Source of the DNA: an uncultured Prolixibacteraceae bacterium
GTDB lineage: Bacteria; Bacteroidota; Bacteroidia; Bacteroidales; FEN-979
Assembly (NCBI GenBank): GCA_964605775.1
Contig: CAZSDU010000011.1
Span: forward strand, 1,228-65,227
Length of the DNA: 64,000 nucleotides
Reading direction: 5' to 3'
Below, piece by piece: positions 16,629-24,298 of the stretch. Numbering within the stretch: position 1 is the first letter of the stretch; the number at the start of each line of letters is the position of its first letter. A model generated the notes under the pieces. It was not told the origin of the DNA. It searched no databases and saw only the letters and a list, made by a program, of their open reading frames with translations. A program made the position numbers and the translations under genes.

Positions 16629-18032
16629 TCAGAAATAACTCGACCCGTCCCAGCAATGGGTACATAATTTTTCTTTGGGCAGACCGATAGCTTGAACCAA
16701 GTCGTTCAGCAATTGATATTTCAGACTGCTGCAGCCCAGTTTTTTCCCTATATTTTTCACCATGGCATGATACCTGTCGGTGCCTGGGGTAGCATATTCA
16801 TTCAGGTAAAGGTCTTCTCTCCCTTCCAGTTCTTTGATGGCCTGCCTGCCTGCGAGATCGAGAGAGGTACGGGAGCTTGAAAAATTCAGAAAATCGCAGG
16901 GAAAAATCAGGGTCGGACAAGCCGGCCTTACATGAACTTCTTTTGCTCCGTAAGCAGTAAGATTTATTACATTATCTTTAAGTTGAGTGCCTCTCACGAT
17001 AGAATCATCACACAATGCCAGTTTTTTTCCACGGATGATGTCCCGGATGGGGATCAGCTTCATTTTCGCAACCAGATCACGGGTTTCCTGGTTCTGGGGC
17101 ATAAAACTTCGTGGCCAGGTTGGGGTATATTTCACATAAGCCCGTTTGTAAGGAATCTTTTTTTCATTTGAATACCCGATGGCATGAGCGACCCCTGAAT
17201 CCGGCACCCCGCATACAAAATCCACCTCTTCCCGGTCACAACGTCCAAGTGCGGCCCCACACCGATAACGGCATTCTTCCACGTTAATATCTTCATAATA
17301 AGAACTCGGATAACCGTAATAAACCCAGAGAAAAGTACAGATCTGCATTTTTTCGTTCGGTGGTCTCAGTTGTCTGAATCCTTCGGCAGTAACAAACAGT
17401 ATCTCTCCAGGTCCAAGGAATTTTTCGACTTGAAAACCGGTATTGGCAAAAGAGGTTGTTTCAGAACTCAGGGCATAGGCGCCATCTTTTTTCCCAAGTA
17501 TAAGGGGAGTTCGTCCAAGCTTATCCCTGGCGGCAAAAAGACCATTCTGAGTAAGCAGAACAAGGGTACAGGATCCTTTCAAACGGTCGAATACGTTTTC
17601 TATTCCATCCCTGAAAGTATCGCATTCATTGATTAGCAGAGCTACCATTTCCGACATGTTAACGCCTGTATGGCTTGTTTCAGAAAAATGAAGGTGCTTT
17701 TTCAAGGCATGTTCTGTCAGTTCACTAAGGTTGAAGATCCGTCCCACGGTAGCAATGGCATATTTTCCCAGATGGGAATGAATGAGCAAGGGCTGGGGAT
17801 CCGTATCACTGATCACGCCTATTCCGCTATTCCCCTTGAATGCATTCAATTCAGGCTCAAACTTTGTCCTGAAATAATTGTTTTCAAGGTTATGAATGGA
17901 GCGGGTAAAATTTTTTCCATCGAAAACAGCCAACCCTCCCCTTCTGGTGCCGAGGTGTGAATTGTAATCCGTTCCGTAAAACAGGTCTTTAACGCAATCA
18001 TTTTGCGCAACGCTTCCAAATAATCCTCCCAT
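16629..18032 (-). CDS. Amidophosphoribosyltransferase-like protein (PurF paralogue lacking the Cys1 nucleophile)
   Basis: Class-II GATase-like N-half (RGGLAV, GIGVISD, ARDKLGRTPL, SSET). PRTase half with VCGVPDSG and the PRPP loop LALCDDSIVRGTQL. Cys pattern C...C...CxxC (ICTF, ACP..PCDF, CTHC) resembles 4Fe-4S PurF. The N-terminus is MGGLFG, not MCG. Confidence 0.85.
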   Translation of the reverse strand: MGGLFGSVAQNDCVKDLFYGTDYNSHLGTRRGGLAVFDGKNFTRSIHNLENNYFRTKFEPELNAFKGNSGIGVISDTDPQPLLIHSHLGKYAIATVGRIFNLSELTEHALKKHLHFSETSHTGVNMSEMVALLINECDTFRDGIENVFDRLKGSCTLVLLTQNGLFAARDKLGRTPLILGKKDGAYALSSETTSFANTGFQVEKFLGPGEILFVTAEGFRQLRPPNEKMQICTFLWVYYGYPSSYYEDINVEECRYRCGAALGRCDREEVDFVCGVPDSGVAHAIGYSNEKKIPYKRAYVKYTPTWPRSFMPQNQETRDLVAKMKLIPIRDIIRGKKLALCDDSIVRGTQLKDNVINLTAYGAKEVHVRPACPTLIFPCDFLNFSSSRTSLDLAGRQAIKELEGREDLYLNEYATPGTDRYHAMVKNIGKKLGCSSLKYQLLNDLVQAIGLPKEKLCTHCWDGSSYF

Positions 18033-18169
18033 GGTGAATGTTTGTTAAATGCTGATTTTTAGCGAATTCTGAATTGAATTCGAGAAACTACCGTACTGAT
18101 GATCTCAGATTTGCTTTCAAAGTAAAGAAATTTATTTTACGTGCCATAATTAATTTTTAATTTTGAAGG

Positions 18170-19981
18170 ATGAATGCCGTCCCTCTCGTCATTGCTGCTC
18201 TCGCTATTTTTGCTCTGGCCTACCGTTACTATTTCGGGTTTATTGCTGCAAAAGTATTGACGCTTGACAACCAGAACGTCACTCCGGCCGGACGTTTATA
18301 TGATGGTCAGAATTATTATCCCATGAGTAAATGGGTTTTATTCGGTCATCATTTTGCAGCCATTGCAGGGGCCGGGCCCTTGGTAGGGCCGGTTCTTGCC
18401 TGTCAATTCGGGTATTTTCCCGGTTTTGTATGGATGGTTGTCGGTGCAGTAATGGCCGGATCTGTGCATGATATGGTGATTCTGACGGCTTCTGTACGGC
18501 ACGACGGGAAATCCCTGGCAGAGATCGCCAGGGCAGAAATCGGCAAGCTAACCAGCAGCATCACTACTTCCCTGGCTACTTTTTTGATTATCATCATTGC
18601 CATTGCGGGGCTGGGGCTGGTGGTCGTCAATGCCCTGAGTGAATCCTCCTGGGGGCTTTTCACTATTGCTTCCACCATTCCCATTGCTATTTTTATGGGA
18701 ATATGGATGTTTCAGTTCAGGAAAGGCAGGGTGGTGGAGGCTACCATTATGGGTGTAATCCTGCTTTCAGCCTCCGTAATTTTCGGGAAGTATGTTCCTG
18801 AATCTTCTTTTGCCTCATGGTTTACTTATGATCATAAGACCCTTGCTCTTTTACTGGCCGGATATGGATTTTTCGCCTCCGTGTTACCTGTCTGGTTATT
18901 GCTTTCTCCCAGAGACTACCTGAGTTCCATTATGAAACTGGGGGTGATCGCCATGCTGGCCATCGGCATTATCATTGTCGCCCCCAACTTAAAGATGCCT
19001 GCTTTCACTGCATTTATTCACGGGGGCGGGCCCATCATTCCCGGAACCCTTTTCCCCTACCTGTTCATCACCATAGCTTGCGGAGCCATATCCGGTTTTC
19101 ATGCCCTCATCAGTTCGGGGACAACGCCGAAGATGATCATGAAAGAGTCGCACATCCGTCCTATCGCTGTCGGATCCATGCTTTCTGAAGGGCTGGTCAG
19201 CATTATGGCATTGATTGCAGCCGCCAGTCTTCACCCCCTGGATTATTTCCAGATCAATGTTTCCCCTGAAAAATTTACCCAGATCCTTCCGCAGTTGCAG
19301 GCCATGGGCTTTACCACGACAGAGCTTCCGAAACTGGCAGCCGAAGTGGGGGAAAACATTGCCGGAAGAGCAGGCGGAGCGGTTTCTCTGGCAGTTGGGA
19401 TGGCACAAATATTCTCCTCTATTCCTGGTATGGATAAGTTAATGTCGTACTGGTATCATTTTGCCATCATGTTCGAGGCCTTGTTCATTCTCACTACCAT
19501 AGATGCCGGAACCCGTGTGGCGCGTTTCATTTTACAGGAATTGATGGGAAAGGTTTATAAACCATTTTTAAAAACCACTTGGCTCCCTGGCAACCTGATA
19601 TGTAGTGGAATAGTGGTTGTTTTTTGGGGTTATTTTATTTATACCGGTAGCGTTTCGACCATCTGGCCCATGTTTGGCGCAGCGAATCAATTGCTGGCCA
19701 CCATTGCCCTGGCCATAGGGACTTCCTACATCATCCATCGCGGAAACGCCAGGTATGCCTGGATTACCCTGATTCCATTGGCCTTTGTCGGCATTACCAC
19801 CATCATTGCCGGGATCATGAATATGACAGGAATTTACATTCCCCAGCTTTCCATTCCCGCCAGTCAGTTCAAGGGCATCATCAACCTCAGTCTGACCCTT
19901 GTTATTATGCTTTGCGTATTTGTCATTCTTTGGGATGCCATCCCTGCCTGGGTAAAAGCGATCAGGGGGGGGAAGGATTAG
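18170..19981 (+). CDS. cstA: Carbon starvation protein A (peptide/pyruvate transporter family)
   Basis: [55 protein letters not shown]. Polytopic membrane protein across ~600 aa. Confidence 0.9.
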   Translation: MNAVPLVIAALAIFALAYRYYFGFIAAKVLTLDNQNVTPAGRLYDGQNYYPMSKWVLFGHHFAAIAGAGPLVGPVLACQFGYFPGFVWMVVGAVMAGSVHDMVILTASVRHDGKSLAEIARAEIGKLTSSITTSLATFLIIIIAIAGLGLVVVNALSESSWGLFTIASTIPIAIFMGIWMFQFRKGRVVEATIMGVILLSASVIFGKYVPESSFASWFTYDHKTLALLLAGYGFFASVLPVWLLLSPRDYLSSIMKLGVIAMLAIGIIIVAPNLKMPAFTAFIHGGGPIIPGTLFPYLFITIACGAISGFHALISSGTTPKMIMKESHIRPIAVGSMLSEGLVSIMALIAAASLHPLDYFQINVSPEKFTQILPQLQAMGFTTTELPKLAAEVGENIAGRAGGAVSLAVGMAQIFSSIPGMDKLMSYWYHFAIMFEALFILTTIDAGTRVARFILQELMGKVYKPFLKTTWLPGNLICSGIVVVFWGYFIYTGSVSTIWPMFGAANQLLATIALAIGTSYIIHRGNARYAWITLIPLAFVGITTIIAGIMNMTGIYIPQLSIPASQFKGIINLSLTLVIMLCVFVILWDAIPAWVKAIRGGKD

Positions 19982-20043
19982 TCATATTCATAACGATTAC
20001 TTTGTAATTTTGTGGTTTTAAAGCGTTTTATGCAAAACAATAA

Positions 20044-20262
20044 AGAATACCGATACAATCCACCACGGTCTATCATCAGTGGAAATCCACCCTGCTGGAG
20101 GTTTATGATCTTTCAGGAAAAAAGGTCATGGAAAGAGAGGTGAAACAAGCGGAAAAAGAGATCATACTGGATATTTCAGGCTGGCAGAGAGGGATGTATG
20201 TATTCAGGCTGTTGTATAACAAGCAGGAAGTGGGGAATCAGAAGGTGGTGGTTACAGCGTAA
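20044..20262 (+). pseudogene. Orphan remnant of a T9SS type-A C-terminal sorting domain
   Basis: The frame is open from the stop at 20041-20043 with no plausible start. It translates to ..STTVYHQWKSTLLEVYDLSGKKVMEREVKQAEKEIILDISGWQRGMYVFRLLYNKQEVGNQKVVVTA*, which is the last ~55 aa of a Por_Secre_tail-type CTD with no passenger domain. Confidence 0.55.
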
Positions 20263-20268
20263 ACCACT

Positions 20269-20292
20269 CCCCTTCTCCTTCAGGAGAAGGGG
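20269..20292. repeat. Perfect 10-bp GC-rich palindromic hairpin (REP-like element)
   Basis: CCCCTTCTCC-ttca-GGAGAAGGGG at 20269-20292, followed by ctgggggatgaggt. No T-run follows. Confidence 0.6.
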
Positions 20293-20360
20293 CTGGGGGA
20301 TGAGGTGACTCTCCGTTAGGAGAAAGGGAAGAAGAAAAACGGAATGATCAAATCATTTCT

Positions 20361-21164
20361 TTACTTCCGGTTAAGGCTTAACTGGTAATATTCCCAGGAA
20401 GTATAAATGCTTTTTACCGTCACCAGGGAAGAAGTATCCACGACAAACTCGCTGCAACCTATCGGGTGAGAAGGGTTGCCCCAGTCATACGTATATCCAA
20501 GCCGGGTCCAGGGGAAAGCGCTGGTGGACGAAGTATCATACTTATGTGCCATTTCATTCTGAAACCAGCTTATGTGTTTTATGCTTGCCGTTGAAGGAAA
20601 ATAAAGATCTGCCTCGTGATCGGTAATTTCTGGGTCGGGAGTGGGACGAAACAGATTATGGGGATAAACCCAGAATTCGACAAAATAATCATTCTGTGTA
20701 TCAGGGGGCATCCCAAGAATTTGAGCAATACGCAGATGCAGGGTCGTCTGATTGGAAAATGTATTTTTCTTCAAGAAATCCAGCATCTGGGGAGCTGTTG
20801 TAATCCACGACATATAAGCCTGGTTATTGTTCGTTTTGAAAGTTTGTCCGAGGGGCCAGTATTGGGTTGAACTTTGTTTCATCCAGGAAACAACCAGCAG
20901 CCGTATGTTTCCTGCTGAATCAGGCGACCAGTATAGGTTTCCCGGGCCTGCCGTACTATCGCCATAATAAGTCACGGCCACCAGATTTCTGTAAATCTCA
21001 TATGGCTCCACGGTTTTTGCATCGATCACTGCCAGTTTATACTGTTTTTTCAGGGAAGCCATATCCGCTCCCACCGGCAGATAACTTGTTTTTTCCTTGC
21101 TGCAACCCGAAAATAACAACACGGAAAAAAAGAATAAATACACAAACAAATTGATCTTTTTCAT
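20361..21164 (-). CDS. Hypothetical lipoprotein
   Basis: Lipobox LLFSGCSKE. 267 aa with no recognisable family. Uninterrupted ORF with typical composition. Confidence 0.6.
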   Translation of the reverse strand: MKKINLFVYLFFFSVLLFSGCSKEKTSYLPVGADMASLKKQYKLAVIDAKTVEPYEIYRNLVAVTYYGDSTAGPGNLYWSPDSAGNIRLLVVSWMKQSSTQYWPLGQTFKTNNNQAYMSWITTAPQMLDFLKKNTFSNQTTLHLRIAQILGMPPDTQNDYFVEFWVYPHNLFRPTPDPEITDHEADLYFPSTASIKHISWFQNEMAHKYDTSSTSAFPWTRLGYTYDWGNPSHPIGCSEFVVDTSSLVTVKSIYTSWEYYQLSLNRK

Positions 21165-21199
21165 GCTACATCTATTTAAGTTTCAGTATATTATTAACT

Positions 21200-22603
21200 T
21201 TAATTAACGCCTGATTCCTCACTCCCAAATCCTAATTCCTCATTGATCTCCAGTTCTCCTTCCCACCTTGCTATCACGGCTGTTGCCAGGCAGTTACCGA
21301 TCACATTGGTAGCCGTTCGGGCCATATCCATCAACTCATCGATCCCTAAAATAATAAAGATCGGCCATACCGGAAGTCCGAAATTGGTGGCCGTTCCCAG
21401 CAAAATCACCAGAGAAGCCCTGGGAACGCCTGCCACTCCTTTGCTGGTGAGCATCAGGGTAAGCATCATGATCATCTGGGTTTCCAATGAAAGATGTATC
21501 CCGGCTATCTGGGCAACAAAAATAGAAGCCATGGCAAGATATAAGGTTGTGCCATCAAGGTTGAAACTATATCCTGTCGGGATGACAAAAGCAACTATTT
21601 TCCGTGGTACGCCAAAGCGTTCCATATTCTCCATAGCGATGGGCAAGGCTGCTTCGCTGCTGGTCGTGGCAAAAGCCAGGGTGGCCGGCTTCAGCACTGC
21701 CCTGAAGAATTTCCGGATGGGGATTTTCAGCATCAACATCACCGGGATAAACACCAGCAAAATAAGCGCAAGCAAGGAAACATACAGGGTGGCCAGCAAT
21801 TGTCCCAAATTGATCAGTATGCCGAGTCCCATATGACCGACGCTGTACGCAATGGCTGCAAAAACCGCAAAGGGAGCGAAGTACATGATCATGTTGGTGA
21901 ACTTAAACATGACTTCAGATAAAGCCTCTGCAAAATTGACCATGGGTCTGCGGTATTTTTCTTTCACCATGGCCACTGCAATTCCAAACAGTATGCTGAA
22001 AACCACGATCTGTAGTACCTGGCCTTCGGCAATCGATTTGGCAATGTTTTCAGGGAAGACATGCAGGATGATTTCTTCCCAGCTTTGTTTATGAACTTCC
22101 GGCAATACCCCGTGGGTCATGGCAGGAGGAAGCGTCACACCCAGGCCGGCTCCGCTGATATTAATGGCGGCCAACCCGATAAAAAGGGCAATGGTGGAAA
22201 CAATTTCAAAATACAATATTGACTTCCAGCCCATTCTTCCAACCTGTTTCAGGTCGGAATGTCCTGCTATCCCTACGACAAGGGTTCCGAATAACAAAGG
22301 AGCAATAATGGTCTTGATCAGGCTCAGGAAAATTTTGCTGATCAGGTTAAGATGAATGGCAATTTCATGGAAATCATGACCGAATTCTACCCCGGACAGC
22401 ATGCTCACAAAAATCCAGGTCGTCAGACTTTTCTTTTTAACCGCAAAAAGAAAATAAAATGCAATGGGAATCCATCGAATGACCGACAAAAACCATTCCG
22501 GAAAACCGACGTTCAAGCAGTAGTTTGCTGATTGGAATACCAAGGCAAGCGTAAAAGTTAAGAAGAATCCTGCCAGTATCTTTTTCCGGCTGAACTGTCT
22601 CAT
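21200..22603 (-). CDS. Dicarboxylate/amino acid:cation symporter (DAACS/GltP family)
   Basis: Polytopic protein with family motifs: AF.T.SS.A.LP, GYSFNLDG, MLTSKG.AGVP.ASLV and MDM.RT..NV.GN. Confidence 0.9.
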   Translation of the reverse strand: MRQFSRKKILAGFFLTFTLALVFQSANYCLNVGFPEWFLSVIRWIPIAFYFLFAVKKKSLTTWIFVSMLSGVEFGHDFHEIAIHLNLISKIFLSLIKTIIAPLLFGTLVVGIAGHSDLKQVGRMGWKSILYFEIVSTIALFIGLAAINISGAGLGVTLPPAMTHGVLPEVHKQSWEEIILHVFPENIAKSIAEGQVLQIVVFSILFGIAVAMVKEKYRRPMVNFAEALSEVMFKFTNMIMYFAPFAVFAAIAYSVGHMGLGILINLGQLLATLYVSLLALILLVFIPVMLMLKIPIRKFFRAVLKPATLAFATTSSEAALPIAMENMERFGVPRKIVAFVIPTGYSFNLDGTTLYLAMASIFVAQIAGIHLSLETQMIMMLTLMLTSKGVAGVPRASLVILLGTATNFGLPVWPIFIILGIDELMDMARTATNVIGNCLATAVIARWEGELEINEELGFGSEESGVN

Positions 22604-22734
22604 ACAGTGAAAAATCTTGAATCAATCAAATGTAATGAGAAATGTAAAATAAACCTTCATGTAGTCTCGGATAAAATGCAATTTTTACGGGAGTTTAAAA
22701 AATGTCATGTATATTTGAATCTTTATTTTGCCCC

Positions 22735-23619
22735 ATGGACGCCCAACTCAATATCCCTGAAGAGCTTTTCTTACTGACCGTCAATGAAAAGACTGGAAGA
22801 AAAGCCTACCTGAAATCAAAAAAGTTCGATCTCCTCTTATCCGCCTCCATATTAATGGAACTGGCGCTTCAGCAGCGGATAGACAGCGACCTTGAGTACA
22901 TCATTCCCGACCGTCCTGAGCCAACCGGAAGTCCAATGCTTGACCAGGCTAATGAACTGATAAGAACAGCCGTAAAACAGGAGAAGATCTCTTATTGGCT
23001 GCTTAAACTGACCGAAAAAGCCCACCATTACAGGGAATTACTTGTTGCCGGACTGGTTGAAAAAGGCTTGCTGAAAATAGAAAGGGAAAGTGTTTTTCTG
23101 GGATTTGCTTCCCGCAAATATCCTATGCTAAATACTGATCAGGAAATTACCGAAGTAAAGACGAGGGTCAGGGAATTGCTTTTCAACAATGACCTCCCTG
23201 ATTTTCGTGATGTAGTGATCATCAGTATTTCCTGGTACGGCGGATTGCTGAATTTTATTCTCACCGATGAAGAAATAAAAAAATGCCAGTCGCGTATTGA
23301 ACAAGTGGCCAGGATGGATCTGATCGGACAGGCTGTTTCCAGATCACTGAAAGAATTAACCCTTTCCATTATTGTTTCCATCAGGGCCAAAGAAATTTTA
23401 GGAATAAAATCCCCTGAGGAAAAACTGGAAGAACTAGCTGAAGAAATAAAGGCATTGATGCAGCTAACCTGTGAAGAAGATCTCCCGGATTGGTTACGTA
23501 AGGGGACTGAACAATATTTGAAAACCCTGCAATTCATCCGGGAAACCGGCACCAATGAAATCTTTTTTAATGCCAGTACCGGCAAATACGGGCTGAAAAT
23601 CTGGTCGGGGTTACGTTAA
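22735..23619 (+). CDS. GPP34 (GOLPH3/Vps74-like) family protein with a C-terminal extension
   Basis: IPEELFLLTVNEKTGRKAYLKSKKFDLLLSASILMELALQQRI matches the GPP34 N-terminal signature. The start at 22735 is supported by TATATTTG at 22710-22717; the tracked start at 22702 lies upstream of that box. Confidence 0.7.
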   Translation: MDAQLNIPEELFLLTVNEKTGRKAYLKSKKFDLLLSASILMELALQQRIDSDLEYIIPDRPEPTGSPMLDQANELIRTAVKQEKISYWLLKLTEKAHHYRELLVAGLVEKGLLKIERESVFLGFASRKYPMLNTDQEITEVKTRVRELLFNNDLPDFRDVVIISISWYGGLLNFILTDEEIKKCQSRIEQVARMDLIGQAVSRSLKELTLSIIVSIRAKEILGIKSPEEKLEELAEEIKALMQLTCEEDLPDWLRKGTEQYLKTLQFIRETGTNEIFFNASTGKYGLKIWSGLR

Positions 23620-23828
23620 TGATGGTTTTTTTTAATGCCCGTTTACTGTTACCCCATTGCTGATTTTTAAAACCCGGGAATATCTTCCATAAACAAACTC
23701 GAGAAAAATAATCCCGGGACTTACCGTCAATCATAAATAAAACCGTAAATGCTTCCCTGAAAACTGCGGATAATTCGGGTTAATATACTACTTTTGTTTG
23801 CTAATTTTTTAACACACACCCCTGCTTT

Positions 23829-24176
23829 GTGAAAAAGATTTCTGCTCTCTTTTTACTTCTGGTTTTCCTGGTTTATTATTGCAGCTCCTCCCTTTTTCCT
23901 CATACTCATATTATAAACGGGACTACAATCGTTCACTCCCATGTGTATTTCCCCCACGGGCATCAGGAGAAATTACCTTCCTCTCATCATCACAGTCCTG
24001 GGGAACTATTACTGATCCACGCCCTATCATATTGGACAACTGATCCTTTATCCCTTGTCAGCAATACCGAAACAATCTTTCCCCTTTACGTTCAGCAGTT
24101 TATTATATCAGAGGTTATTGACGTAGAATCCCCTGTTTTATCTTTCCCGTCTCTTCGCGGGCCTCCTGCCTGCTGA
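23829..24176 (+). CDS. Small His-rich membrane-anchored protein
   Basis: GTG start and an N-terminal TM/signal anchor, then PHTHIINGTTIVHSHVYFPHGHQEKLPSSHHHSPGE. TACTTTTG box at 23789-23796. Lies directly upstream of a TonB-dependent receptor. Confidence 0.5.
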   Translation: MKKISALFLLLVFLVYYCSSSLFPHTHIINGTTIVHSHVYFPHGHQEKLPSSHHHSPGELLLIHALSYWTTDPLSLVSNTETIFPLYVQQFIISEVIDVESPVLSFPSLRGPPAC

Positions 24177-24298
24177 TCAGGGAATGCAATAGACCTGTGT
24201 GTTTTAAATCCAGGCAATTCCCAGAAATTTCGTTTTTACTATTTTTTTGTTCGGGATATTCTTAATCCTTATTGTATTATATAACTCCTCATAATTCT

